64,000 nt of DNA from Verrucomicrobiota bacterium (GCA_003402705.1 QQNF01000007.1:31558-95557), one strand, 5' to 3'. Positions 29,369 to 39,399 are shown, numbered from the stretch's first letter. A program made the numbers and translations. Notes: generated by a model not told the origin, from the letters alone.

Positions 29369-30382
29369 TTAACCGCCAATGGCAATCATTCTGCGGCCCG
29401 GCAGGTAGGTCGTCCGGAAGTCGTGTTCCTTCGGCTTGCGGTCCACTGTATCAGCGATGAGTCGGGTGATTTCATCATCGCTGGCTCCGGCCCGCAGCGG
29501 AGTGATGAGGTCAGTCTCCATGTGGCTGCCAAGACACGGCCTGAGTTTTCCGTCGGCCGTCAGGCGGAGCTTGTTGCAGCTCTCACAGAAATGCAGGTTG
29601 GTCATAGCCCCGATGAAACCCACGAGTTGGTTCCGATCGGGGATTCGCCAGTAGGACGCCGGACCGTTCGTGCGGACCTCGGGGCAGGGGATCATTGGCC
29701 CGTAGTGTGCCGCCAGGATCTGCTGAACGGTACCGCAGGACAGGAAATTGTCAGCAGTGAGCACTTCGGTCGTCGACACCGGCATCAATTCGATGAAACG
29801 CAGCAGGCACCCATGAGCGTGCGCGAATTCGACAAGGTCCGAAACTTCGCATTCCGTCCGGCCCTTCATGAGCACACAATTCAGTTTGACGCTTTCGAAT
29901 CCCGCCACACAAGCCGCTTCGATTCCAGCAAGGGCACGCGCATGAAAGTCGCGATTGGTAATCGCGGCATAGGCTGCTTGGTCTAGCGTATCCAGTGAAA
30001 TGTTGACTGTGCGGACGCCAGCCTCAACGAGACGACGGGCCATGGTGATGCCGTCACCCGATTCTTCCGCCGGAACATCGGCAAGCAACGTGCCATTCGT
30101 GGAAATCCCGATGTCCTCAACTCCAGGAACGGCGGCGACACTTCGAATCAGCGCGAGGACATTCCGTCGGGTCAATGGTTCGCCACCCGTGATGCGGACC
30201 TTGCGGATCCCCATGCCCGCGCCAATTCTCAGAACTCTCAGGATTTCCTCGTAGCTCAGGATTCCTTCGCGCGGCAGCCATTCCTGGCGTTCCTCCGGCA
30301 GGCAGTAACGGCAGCGCTCATTGCAGCGATCGGTGATGCTGATGCGGAGGTACGAAATGCGATGGCCGAACCGGTCTTCCAC
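29369..30382 (-). CDS. moaA: GTP 3',8-cyclase (molybdenum cofactor biosynthesis protein A)
   Basis: YLRISITDRCNERCRYC radical-SAM CxxxCxxC motif, with a C-terminal Cys cluster CESCNKLRLTADGKLRPCL. Confidence 0.9.
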   Translation of the reverse strand: MEDRFGHRISYLRISITDRCNERCRYCLPEERQEWLPREGILSYEEILRVLRIGAGMGIRKVRITGGEPLTRRNVLALIRSVAAVPGVEDIGISTNGTLLADVPAEESGDGITMARRLVEAGVRTVNISLDTLDQAAYAAITNRDFHARALAGIEAACVAGFESVKLNCVLMKGRTECEVSDLVEFAHAHGCLLRFIELMPVSTTEVLTADNFLSCGTVQQILAAHYGPMIPCPEVRTNGPASYWRIPDRNQLVGFIGAMTNLHFCESCNKLRLTADGKLRPCLGSHMETDLITPLRAGASDDEITRLIADTVDRKPKEHDFRTTYLPGRRMIAIGG

Positions 30383-30481
30383 GGGGTTTTGTTTGACATT
30401 TGTCCTGCTCCCGCCTTGTCATCAGCGCAACACGAATGTCCTTGCGTTTCGCATGGCCAAGAAGAAACTGGCAAAGTGAAC

Positions 30482-30931
30482 ATGCTCAGATTCAGCCTCG
30501 CCGGAATCGCCGCAGCGGCGCTCGTTGCCTGTGCGTCATCGACCCCGCAGCGGCGCCTCGCTGCCAATCCCCAGATGGTCCAGTCTCTGTCACAGAGCGA
30601 TCTCGCAGCCGTTCAGTCTGGACGGATCGCAGAGGGCATGTCGCGCGATGCTGTCTATCTCGCACTCGGGGCTCCTAACAACGTGATGAAGGGCAGCCGG
30701 GCGGGAAAAGAGACCGAGATGTGGCGCTACACGTCACTCCAGCCCGTTGTCTCCAACAGTTTCTTCATGGGTGCCGGCGCAGGATATTTCGGACCGTATG
30801 GCAACCGCTACTGGGGACCCGGGTTCGGACCCGGCATGATGACCACCACCGGCACTGATTTCATACCAGTGACCTCCGCAGTCATTCAATTCGAAAACGC
30901 CAAAGTCACCGGCTGGGAACGGGCTCAGTAA
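30482..30931 (+). CDS. Small lipoprotein (SmpA/OmlA/BamE-like)
   Basis: MLRFSLAGIAAAALVACASS lipobox, and GMSRDAVYLALGAP typical of the SmpA_OmlA fold. ATG at 30482. Confidence 0.5.
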   Translation: MLRFSLAGIAAAALVACASSTPQRRLAANPQMVQSLSQSDLAAVQSGRIAEGMSRDAVYLALGAPNNVMKGSRAGKETEMWRYTSLQPVVSNSFFMGAGAGYFGPYGNRYWGPGFGPGMMTTTGTDFIPVTSAVIQFENAKVTGWERAQ

Positions 30932-30955
30932 TCCTCGCCACCGCGCCCGGTAGCC

Positions 30956-31666
30956 TCAAACACCACCTCGGCGGAACCCCACAGCCAGTCCCATCTCCCG
31001 TCTCGCTCGCGATTCGAGATGTTCTTTCACGCGCTGATAAACGAAGAGCATCGTGGTCAGGACAAAGAAAGCCCCGGCAATGCCGGCTAGACTGCTGCCA
31101 CGGTGCACTGGATTCGATATCACCCCGTGAGGCGGGTGCCCGCCCAGAGCCCGAAGCGCGGCCCGAACCCCCGCGGCCGCATCCGTCGCCGCCAACTCAT
31201 CGAACGCCACCTTCGCCGCGACCGCGTTCTCGGTCCACGTTCCGCTGAACCCAAACACCGGTCGCTCACCATCGGCGGAAAACTCCAGCACCATGACCGC
31301 GCCCCGCGGTGCCATCGGTCCAACAGGTATCCACGCCTTCGCAAGGTGTGACGCGTAGTCGCTCGCACCAATCGCCGCCGCTGCCTCCATCGTCACCACA
31401 TAAACAATCTGCGGCACCGCCGCGGCCTCCGCCTCGATCGCTCTCCGGTCATCCGGTCCAAAGACTCTCGCCGCATCCACCACTCGCGACGCCGGCGGCG
31501 GCGGCAGCATCCTCCGCTCCTCGTCATGCCCCATGTCCTGCGCCACAATGGAACTCCAAAACCCGGCTACCTGAGCCAGGACCAGCTTCCATCCCGAAAT
31601 CCTTCTCGCGCTCGGCCAATTCACAGCCTGCAATTCCAAGCTTCCAGCCACTCCGGCAAGCGCCAA
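30956..31666 (-). CDS. TPM-domain-like membrane protein
   Basis: VVDAARVFGPDDRRAIEAE resembles the TPM domain N-terminus. C-terminal TM helix LAGIAGAFFVLTTMLFV. TTG start in the track. Confidence 0.45.
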   Translation of the reverse strand: MALAGVAGSLELQAVNWPSARRISGWKLVLAQVAGFWSSIVAQDMGHDEERRMLPPPPASRVVDAARVFGPDDRRAIEAEAAAVPQIVYVVTMEAAAAIGASDYASHLAKAWIPVGPMAPRGAVMVLEFSADGERPVFGFSGTWTENAVAAKVAFDELAATDAAAGVRAALRALGGHPPHGVISNPVHRGSSLAGIAGAFFVLTTMLFVYQRVKEHLESRARREMGLAVGFRRGGV

Positions 31667-31702
31667 TAAAGGGTACGTGCCTCTCTTTCGCCAGTATCAA
31701 TA

Positions 31703-31730
31703 ACTACATACAATATATGTCATGTAAAAT
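31703..31730. other. Candidate dif (XerC/D recombination) site
   Basis: ACTACATACAA-TATATG-TCATGTAAAAT. It is 22/28 identical to B. subtilis dif (ACTTCCTAGAATATATATTATGTAAACT, recalled from memory) and 18/28 to E. coli dif. It is the only strongly AT-rich intergenic patch near the strand-composition switch. Confidence 0.4.
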
Positions 31731-31829
31731 CAATAAGAATGAACCCATCCGCACAAGCCCATCCCCATCCGTACCTTGGAAGCACACACCATCCCACCAG
31801 AGCCTCATGCCAACCCGTGCCCTCGATCT

Positions 31830-32813
31830 TCAGCGCCGCCCAAAGGTCGTCTCAAGCAACTCTGCATCGCTCCCGGCGGAAAGGCTCCGAGCAACATCGG
31901 ACAGAGCCGCCGGCACCATCGCAAAATCCCCGGGCTTCAGTGCCTCGCCAGCAAACACCACCTCACCACTGACAACTGCCACGATGGAAAACTCTCCTGC
32001 TTTCCCCCATGACACCGATTGTCCCGCGGCAACCCGGTGGCGGCGCACCTCGAAATGCTCGCACGACGCCAGCACCGGCGCGTCTGGAGGCGTCAACTCC
32101 GGTGTGGTGTCCGTAAAATCGATGCAGCGAAGTGACTCTTCGACGTGCAGCGGTCGCGGTTTGCCGTCGAGCCCGACTCGGTTCCAATCAAAAACACGGT
32201 ACGTCGTGTCACTGTTCTGCTGAATCTCGAAAATCACGAGCCCGGCCCCGATCGCATGAAGCCTGCCGCTCGGAATAAAGATGGCATCGCCAGACCGGAC
32301 CGGAAGTCGAGGCACACAATCAGCCGCGGTTCCCGCAGCCAGTGCGGCGGCAAATTCCTCGCGCCCGACCCCTTCCTTGACGCCGCAATACAACGCAGCC
32401 CCGGGCTCCGCGTCGACCACCACCCACATCTCCGTTTTCGGCTCCCCACCCAACTCCGCCGCACACGAATCAGGCGGATGCACCTGAAGACTGAGCGTAT
32501 CCCGGGCGTCCAGAATCTTCACCAGCAGCGGAAAATCCGGGGTCTTAGGTGCCGATAATCCGAAAACCTCATCCCGGTGGTCCTGCCACAAGGTGTGCAG
32601 GCTCGTCCCATCCCACGGTCCTCCACGCACAACACTTTGCGCCTCGGGCCGATCGACAATTTCCCAGCTTTCGCCAATCGGACCACCATCCGGCAGCTCT
32701 CGCCCGAACCGCCGCGCCAGCTCCAGCCCACCCCAAACACGTTCATGATAAAGGGGTTGGAACCAAAGAATTCCCGCGCGGAACGCCGGGCGATCACCAG
32801 AAATGGAAGCCAT
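31830..32813 (-). CDS. manA: Class I mannose-6-phosphate isomerase
   Basis: LYHERVWGG, GESWEI, LSLQVHP and cupin-type C-terminal segments. Confidence 0.8.
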   Translation of the reverse strand: MASISGDRPAFRAGILWFQPLYHERVWGGLELARRFGRELPDGGPIGESWEIVDRPEAQSVVRGGPWDGTSLHTLWQDHRDEVFGLSAPKTPDFPLLVKILDARDTLSLQVHPPDSCAAELGGEPKTEMWVVVDAEPGAALYCGVKEGVGREEFAAALAAGTAADCVPRLPVRSGDAIFIPSGRLHAIGAGLVIFEIQQNSDTTYRVFDWNRVGLDGKPRPLHVEESLRCIDFTDTTPELTPPDAPVLASCEHFEVRRHRVAAGQSVSWGKAGEFSIVAVVSGEVVFAGEALKPGDFAMVPAALSDVARSLSAGSDAELLETTFGRR

Positions 32814-32963
32814 GAATCTATTAAAAAGCTTAAGTTTGCCGTAAATTCAAGATTGAATCGACCCGCGGCCACATTAGCATGAACCATAAGGCATCCTGCG
32901 TCCAGCCAATCCGCGCAGGCGGGATTGCCACTTATCCTTCACCTTCGCCTCCCTGCTCAGCAC

Positions 32964-35774
32964 ATGTCCCCCAGCCGCCCCAGCCGCCGTCAGGACGACG
33001 CCTCGTTCTCAGGAGATGAATCGGGAGTCGGCGTCGGTTCGGTACTCCTGATTGCCACCGGGGCAGCCCTGTTCCTCGCCTTGGCAAGCTATACGCCCGA
33101 CGATTTGCGGCCTTGGGTCGCATTCGCAACGAGAAATCCGCCAAACGACCCCGCGATGAACATCATCGGGCCAATGGGCGCAACCATTGCCGGATATGCC
33201 ATGTTTCTGTTTGGTGCGGCGGCCTTCCTCATCCCGGTGTCGTTCGTCTGGTTAGGCGTGGCCCGCATGTTCATGGGCATGCGCCTCCTGCGTGAAGGAC
33301 TGCTCCCAGCGCGACCTGTCGCTGGAGCCATGCTGTTCGTGGTCTCCGGCGCTTTGTTCCTTGGCCTCCAGAGCTTTTTCTTCACCACATGGGACCGCGA
33401 ATACAACATTCTCGGCCCGGGTGGCGGCTTCGGATTCATCGGCCGACGCATGGCCGAGGGCACCATCGGCACCGCGGGCCTCGTCATCCTTTCCGTCATC
33501 GGATACGGCTTCGGTCTGGTCTTCATGACGGGTATCCGCCCCGCCGCAGTCTCCGCCACCGTGCGCCGTGCATGGATTCAACTCACCGACCGCCTCAGCG
33601 GGCGTCACATCTCCCAGCCCGCCATCGCAGGCAGCGGAACCCGGGACCTCGCACGCGAAGCGGCCGCACTGGAAGCTGAACACCGCAAAACTGAACGGGA
33701 ACGGCGTCGGATCGAAAAAGAACTCAAACGCGCCGAACGAGCCGCAGCCGCATCCGGCGCACCACACACTCCTCTCGATCCTGACGGCGCGCTCGACATC
33801 GACCTCCTCGACGAGTCCGACCCCGTTGATGACGGCAGCATGGAAGCCGATGACGCCACTGATTCGGTCTCCCCGGATGCCACTCTCCCGGAACCAGAAC
33901 CTCCCATCATCAATGGCTCCCGCCGCAACACTCCATCTGGCGACCGCAAGCCTTCGCTAGCCGAATGGCGCGAAAAGCAGAAACCCCAGGCGGATGGCCT
34001 CTCCGGCACCATGAAGGTCGCCAAGGGTGCTCAGGACTTCTCCGCCTATCAACTGCCTCCTCTCGATCTCCTCCACTGGGACGAAACCGCCAGCGATGTC
34101 AAAATCGACGAGCGCGCCCTGCGCGAAACTCAGAAGATCATCATCAACACACTATCCAGCTTCGGCATCCAGGTCGGCCCCGGCCCGATCACCCGCGGCC
34201 CCACCATCTCGCGCTACGAAATCTACCCCAGCGACGGATTGCGCGTCAACAGGATCACCGCTCTCGAAGCCGACCTCGCCCGCGCCACCCGCGCCGAACG
34301 CATCAACATTCTCGCACCGATCCCCGGCAAAGACACCGTCGGCATCGAAATCGCCAACAACGACAAGGTCGCCGTCCCTCTCCGCGAACTGCTCGAAGAC
34401 GATACCTTCGCCAGCACCAAAGCCAAACTCCCGCTCGCCCTCGGCAAGGACGTTTACGGCAACACCATCGTCGCTGACCTAGCCGCCATGCCGCACCTGC
34501 TCGTGGCGGGTGCCACCGGCTCGGGCAAATCCGTCTGCATCAACTCCATCATCGGTTCCCTGCTCTTCCAGTTCACCCCGGAACAACTGCGCTTCATCAT
34601 GGTCGATCCCAAGGTCGTCGAAATGCAGACCTACAACGACCTCCCTCACCTCGTCGTTCCAGTCGTCACCGACCCCAAGAAAGTCATCATGGCCCTCCGC
34701 TGGGTCGTCAACGAAATGGAACACCGGTACCGCATGTTCGCCACTGAAGGCGTCCGCAACTTCGAATCCTTCAACAACCGCCGCCACAAAGCCGCCGCCG
34801 CCGCCGCCGCCGCTCCACCAAAATCCCGCAACGCCCGCCGCAGCAAAGTCGACGAAAACACCCCGCTCCTGCCGCTCTTCGATCCTTCGTCCGGCACCAT
34901 CCCCGAAGACCCCGAAGACACGGTCTTCATTCCGCCCGACCTCTCGGGCCCTGACCTCGCCGGCGACGAATCCGATGCCGCCCTAACCACTCATCAGGTT
35001 GCCTTCGCCGCGAGCGATTCAGAATCCGTCTGGGACGACAGCGATCTCGTGGCGGAAGACAATGCCGAGTTCGAAGAAGCCATCGCCGACGAACCCACGA
35101 TCCCGGACACCATTCCCTACATCGTCGTCATCATCGACGAGCTCGCTGACCTCATGCAGACCGCCCCGGCGGACATGGAACAACTCATCCAGCGGATCGC
35201 CCAGAAGGCCCGCGCCGCCGGCATCCACATGATCCTCGCCACCCAGACCCCGCGCGCCGAGGTCATCACCGGCAACATCAAGGCCAACATCCCCTGCCGC
35301 ATCGCCTTCCAGGTCAGCAGCGCCCTCGATTCCCGCGTCATCCTCGACAACAAAGGCGCAGAAAAACTCGTCGGCAAAGGCGACATGCTCTACCTCCCGC
35401 CCGGCACCTCCAAACTCAATCGCGCCCAGGGCGCGTTCGTCACCGATGACGAGATCCACGACCTCGTCGAACATTGCAAAAAACAGGCCGGCCCAACCTA
35501 CGACAAGGAAGTCCAGCGCACCCTCGGAGACGGCCCCGGCGACGGTCCCGCCGAAGAACTCACCGAGGAAGACGAAGAAACCCTCGAGCGCTGCATCGAT
35601 GTCATCGTCACCGAACGCAAAGCCAGCACTTCCCTGCTCCAGCGCCGGCTCCGCCTCGGCTACGGCCGCGCCGCCCGCATGATCGATCTCATGGAACAAC
35701 GCGGCATCATCGGCCCCGGAGACGGTGCCAAACCACGCGAAGTCCTCATCGCTCCCGACGACGAAGACATGTGA
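32964..35774 (+). CDS. ftsK: DNA translocase FtsK/SpoIIIE
   Basis: N-terminal TM helices and a long low-complexity linker. Motor domain with HLLVAGATGSGKS (Walker A) and IVVIIDELADLM (Walker B). C-terminal winged-helix gamma domain (ASTSLLQRRLRLGYGRAARMIDLME). ATG at 32964; the track TTG start is 32925. Confidence 0.9.
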   Translation: MSPSRPSRRQDDASFSGDESGVGVGSVLLIATGAALFLALASYTPDDLRPWVAFATRNPPNDPAMNIIGPMGATIAGYAMFLFGAAAFLIPVSFVWLGVARMFMGMRLLREGLLPARPVAGAMLFVVSGALFLGLQSFFFTTWDREYNILGPGGGFGFIGRRMAEGTIGTAGLVILSVIGYGFGLVFMTGIRPAAVSATVRRAWIQLTDRLSGRHISQPAIAGSGTRDLAREAAALEAEHRKTERERRRIEKELKRAERAAAASGAPHTPLDPDGALDIDLLDESDPVDDGSMEADDATDSVSPDATLPEPEPPIINGSRRNTPSGDRKPSLAEWREKQKPQADGLSGTMKVAKGAQDFSAYQLPPLDLLHWDETASDVKIDERALRETQKIIINTLSSFGIQVGPGPITRGPTISRYEIYPSDGLRVNRITALEADLARATRAERINILAPIPGKDTVGIEIANNDKVAVPLRELLEDDTFASTKAKLPLALGKDVYGNTIVADLAAMPHLLVAGATGSGKSVCINSIIGSLLFQFTPEQLRFIMVDPKVVEMQTYNDLPHLVVPVVTDPKKVIMALRWVVNEMEHRYRMFATEGVRNFESFNNRRHKAAAAAAAAPPKSRNARRSKVDENTPLLPLFDPSSGTIPEDPEDTVFIPPDLSGPDLAGDESDAALTTHQVAFAASDSESVWDDSDLVAEDNAEFEEAIADEPTIPDTIPYIVVIIDELADLMQTAPADMEQLIQRIAQKARAAGIHMILATQTPRAEVITGNIKANIPCRIAFQVSSALDSRVILDNKGAEKLVGKGDMLYLPPGTSKLNRAQGAFVTDDEIHDLVEHCKKQAGPTYDKEVQRTLGDGPGDGPAEELTEEDEETLERCIDVIVTERKASTSLLQRRLRLGYGRAARMIDLMEQRGIIGPGDGAKPREVLIAPDDEDM

Positions 35775-35798
35775 ACAAGGGCCGCTCGCCCCGCCCCG

Positions 35799-36815
35799 TC
35801 ACCGGGATCCCGACGCCACAAGGCGCTCGATGAACAGCAACCCCACCCGACCCGCGATCTCAATGCTCTCCGGCGACAGCTTATCGAGGGTGTCCTTGTC
35901 AGTGTGCCAGTAACCAGCACGCCGATAACTGCTGAAATCAATAAAGTCGATCACCCCAAGCCCCACCCAGGAAAACGGCACATGGTCGTCCGTCATCTCC
36001 TCCCTTCCTCTGCCGAAATGCTTCGCGAATCCTAACGCCTTGGCCGCATCAAGCGCCTGATCTATCAGCACCAGTGAGGAATTCGGGGGGAACTCCACCT
36101 CCAGCTCACGGTCCCCGATCATATCGAACAGCACAAACCATCGCGGCCGCTGCTCGACTGGCTGCGCCCGCAGCATCAACGCATAATGCCGGCTCCCGAA
36201 CAACCCGTCGAACCCTCTGTCCTCAAAGCCGATCGGCTGCGTGAAATCGACAAACGCTTCCTCACCATCCAGAAACACTAACTCCACTTGCCCCGCGGTC
36301 TGCGGCACCGCCGCCAGCGCCCGCGCACACTCCAGCAGCAATCCTGTACTCGACCCACCGTCGTTCGCCCCGCTGAACAGAAAATCTGTCACCCACTTCG
36401 TGTCGTAATGCGACCCCACTAACGTGGAAACCCGCCGCTGCCATGGATCATCACCACCCACCGGCAGCCGGGCACGCACATTCACAAACACCACCGGCCC
36501 GCGCACCGGAGCCGTCGCCGTGAATTCCTGTCTCTGTGTCACCCATCCCGCCGCCTTGAGCTGCTTCTCAAGATGCTGCCGCGCCTTCTCAATCCGCTCG
36601 CTGCCAGACGGCCGCGGCCCGATCCCAACCAGCGCCTTCACATCCTCCATCGCCCGCGCCCCGGAAAAATTCGTCCACGCCCCGGAACTCACCGCCACGC
36701 CGCCAGCCGCAGGCCCCGCACCCTCAGGCCGGCTCCCGCAACCCGCCAATCCCGCCACAGCAACCGCGGCCAGCAGCGGCCTCACAGCACCAATGGAACG
36801 CCGCCGCCGTTTCAT
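35799..36815 (-). CDS. M28-family peptidase / glutaminyl-cyclase-like
   Basis: GSHYDT, GANDGGSSTG, FLDGEEAF, HTDKDT metal-ligand blocks. ATG overlaps the parB stop (ATGA). Confidence 0.75.
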   Translation of the reverse strand: MKRRRRSIGAVRPLLAAVAVAGLAGCGSRPEGAGPAAGGVAVSSGAWTNFSGARAMEDVKALVGIGPRPSGSERIEKARQHLEKQLKAAGWVTQRQEFTATAPVRGPVVFVNVRARLPVGGDDPWQRRVSTLVGSHYDTKWVTDFLFSGANDGGSSTGLLLECARALAAVPQTAGQVELVFLDGEEAFVDFTQPIGFEDRGFDGLFGSRHYALMLRAQPVEQRPRWFVLFDMIGDRELEVEFPPNSSLVLIDQALDAAKALGFAKHFGRGREEMTDDHVPFSWVGLGVIDFIDFSSYRRAGYWHTDKDTLDKLSPESIEIAGRVGLLFIERLVASGSR

Positions 36816-37780
36816 TCCGCCTCGATGCCTAGCAGTTCAAGAATCCGCCCGAGATCGTCGTCGCCATAATACTCAATCTCGATCCTCCCCTTCTTCGGTG
36901 TGTGCTGCAGCGTCACCTGAGTCGCAAAGTGCTGCCGCAGATTGCTCTGAATCCGATGCAGGTGCGCCCCAAGATCAGGGCCCTTCGGCTTCCCCGCCTT
37001 CGCCGCAGCCGGCGCGGACCCCGTACCCGCCAGCTCCTTCTGCACCTGCTGCTCAGTCTGCCGCACCGTCATTCCGTTGCGCACCACCATGTCAGCCACC
37101 ATCGCCTGCAGCGACGCATCGCGCAACCCTAACAACGCTTTCGCGTGCCCGGTCGTGATCAACCCCTGCGCCAGCAGCCCGCGCACCGGAGCCGCAAGAT
37201 CCAGCAACCGCATTGCATTCGCCACCGTCGCCCGGTTCTTTCCAACCCGCTGCGCAATGTCCTCCTGCCTGAGCCCGAATTCCTTCGCCAGCCGCGTGTA
37301 CGCCTCCGCCTCTTCAACCGGATTCAAATCCTCCCGCTGAAGGTTCTCAATCAGCGCCATCTCCAGCACCTCGCGGTCCCCCGCCTCCCGCTCGATCACC
37401 GGCACTTCTCCCAATCCCAGCTTCTGACACGCCCGGAACCTCCGCTCGCCCGCAATCAACTCAAGCCGTCCATTCACTTTCCGCACCACCAGCGGCTGAA
37501 TCAACCCATGCTCCCGGATCGATTCCATCAACTCCGTCAGTTGTTCATCACGGAACGTCTTCCGCGGCTGCATCGGGCTCGGTACAATACTCGTGATCGC
37601 CACCTGATTCACCCCCGCCGATCCCACAGACACTCCCTCACCAGCCTCACTTCCCATCCCCACCACCCCGCCCGCAACGCCTTCCATTCCCGGCACGGCC
37701 TCGGCCATGCCCGGTCCGCCGCGTTTGGCCGCACCGCTGATCAGTGCTCCCAGTCCTCTGCCGAGTGCGTTCTTCTGCAT
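36812..37780 (-). CDS. parB: Chromosome partitioning protein ParB/Spo0J
   Basis: ALGRGLGALI N-terminus, LIQPLVVRK, GERRFRA box, HTH segment QEDIAQRVGKNRATVANAMRLL. Confidence 0.9.
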   Translation of the reverse strand: MQKNALGRGLGALISGAAKRGGPGMAEAVPGMEGVAGGVVGMGSEAGEGVSVGSAGVNQVAITSIVPSPMQPRKTFRDEQLTELMESIREHGLIQPLVVRKVNGRLELIAGERRFRACQKLGLGEVPVIEREAGDREVLEMALIENLQREDLNPVEEAEAYTRLAKEFGLRQEDIAQRVGKNRATVANAMRLLDLAAPVRGLLAQGLITTGHAKALLGLRDASLQAMVADMVVRNGMTVRQTEQQVQKELAGTGSAPAAAKAGKPKGPDLGAHLHRIQSNLRQHFATQVTLQHTPKKGRIEIEYYGDDDLGRILELLGIEAE

Positions 37781-37851
37781 AAGCCGAAATCCTGACGGCG
37801 CGCCAGGATGAAGTCAACCATGGACTGCATCCACCCCGCTCCCGCTACACC

Positions 37852-39399
37852 TCAGTAAACGCCCGTCTTCAGCCCCGGCAGCGCAAACCGGCACGCATAC
37901 TCCCGCACCAATGACGCCGTCAGCGACGCCTCGGCTCCAGCATGCCGCCGCAACCACGTCTCAGCACCGACTCCAATCAGCCACGACCCCAGACACGCCG
38001 CCCGGAATGGCTCCATGCCGCCCGCCATGAACGCCGCCGCCAACCCCGTCAGCACATCTCCCATCCCTCCCCGCGCCATCGCCGGATGTCCGCTCCCGTT
38101 GTACGCCACCCGGCCATCCGCAGTCGCCACACACGTCCGCGATCCCTTCAGCAGCACCACCGCACCGCTCACCTTTGCCAGCCCGACCGCCTGATCCCGG
38201 CGGCTCTTTCCTGACAATTCCGGCGCAGACCGCTTCAGCAGCCGTTCCATCTCCCCCGGATGCGGCGTCAGCAGTCGCGGCCCCGCAGCCGGCCACACGG
38301 GCACACCGGAAGGCAGTGCAGCCAACGCGTTCAAGGCATCCGCATCCACTACCATCGGCCGCGGATCGTCGCGCAACAATGTCAGCAGATCCGGCGGCGG
38401 CGTCCCTCCCAACCCGGGCCCCACCGCAATCGCATCAAACTTCATCCCCATCACTTCCCGGCACGAATCCACCGGCCGCACCATGATCTCCGGCGGACAC
38501 GCCGCCGCCATCACCGCCCACGCGCGCCGCTCCGTAAACAATGTCACCAATCCCGCCCCAGCCTGCCCCGCCGCCACCGCCGTCAACTGCCCCGCCCCGG
38601 TAAACCCAACACTCCCGGCCACCACACCAACCCGCCCGGCCGCCCCCTTGTGCATCCCGAAAGTCCGCGGCCCCGGCAGCCACGTCCGCAGCCACTCCGG
38701 CGTCAGCACCCGCGGCCGCATCCCTCCGTCCGCAGGCCCCGCCAACCCGCTCAGCGAAACGACAGCAAGCCGTCCGCACCAGTTCTCAGCACCATCCACA
38801 CAATGCCCCGTCTTCGGAAACCCGAACGCGATCGTCAAATCCGCCCTAACCGCCCCCTCTGCCGCATCTCCAGTCTCCGCATCCAGTCCCGTCGGCACAT
38901 CCAGCGCCGCCACCATCGCTCCCGTCAACTCACGAAACCGATTCATCTCGTCGCAAGCCGCTAGCACACCCCCACGCAACGCTCCGGCCGACCCCGTCCC
39001 TAACACCCCATCCGCGATCAGCGTCAGTCCTCGCGGCGGATCATCCCCCACCGCCCCGCGGGTCACCCGGCCGCCCAACGCCGCCAGGTCCTCCACCGCC
39101 AGCGGCCGCATCACCTCCTCCGGAAACACCATGCGCACCTCCACACGCCACCCCTCATCCAGTAAATGCCCCGCCAGCACAAAGGCATCGCCCGCATTGT
39201 GACCTTTCCCGGCATACACCAGCGCCACCCCCGCTCCCGGACAAAACTGCCGCACCACCGCCGCCGCGCCCGCGCCCGCCTCTTCCATCAGCACCGCTTC
39301 CGCAATGCCGCCAGCAACCGCCGTCGCCTCCATCGCCCGCATCTCCGCAACACTCACCACCATCCCGGCCATCGTTTCCCCGCCCCGATCCGCCCTCAT
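37852..39399 (-). CDS. nnr: Bifunctional NAD(P)H-hydrate repair enzyme (epimerase + ADP-dependent dehydratase)
   Basis: YjeF_N segment VALVYAGKGHNAGDAF. C-terminal kinase-fold segments HKGAAGRVGVVAGS and GGMGDVLTG. ATG at 39399 overlaps the ppk stop; the track ORF extends into ppk as far as 39696. Confidence 0.85.
   Translation of the reverse strand: MRADRGGETMAGMVVSVAEMRAMEATAVAGGIAEAVLMEEAGAGAAAVVRQFCPGAGVALVYAGKGHNAGDAFVLAGHLLDEGWRVEVRMVFPEEVMRPLAVEDLAALGGRVTRGAVGDDPPRGLTLIADGVLGTGSAGALRGGVLAACDEMNRFRELTGAMVAALDVPTGLDAETGDAAEGAVRADLTIAFGFPKTGHCVDGAENWCGRLAVVSLSGLAGPADGGMRPRVLTPEWLRTWLPGPRTFGMHKGAAGRVGVVAGSVGFTGAGQLTAVAAGQAGAGLVTLFTERRAWAVMAAACPPEIMVRPVDSCREVMGMKFDAIAVGPGLGGTPPPDLLTLLRDDPRPMVVDADALNALAALPSGVPVWPAAGPRLLTPHPGEMERLLKRSAPELSGKSRRDQAVGLAKVSGAVVLLKGSRTCVATADGRVAYNGSGHPAMARGGMGDVLTGLAAAFMAGGMEPFRAACLGSWLIGVGAETWLRRHAGAEASLTASLVREYACRFALPGLKTGVY

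Noticed and set aside
29369-30481. Moco riboswitch upstream of moaA
   Set aside because: Only ~100 nt separate moaA from the divergent lipoprotein gene, and I see no conserved Moco-motif stems.
28100-31730. Replication origin at the strand-composition switch
   Set aside because: The polarity is wrong: the plus strand goes from G-rich to C-rich. No dnaA/dnaN/gyrB genes and no DnaA-box cluster were seen.
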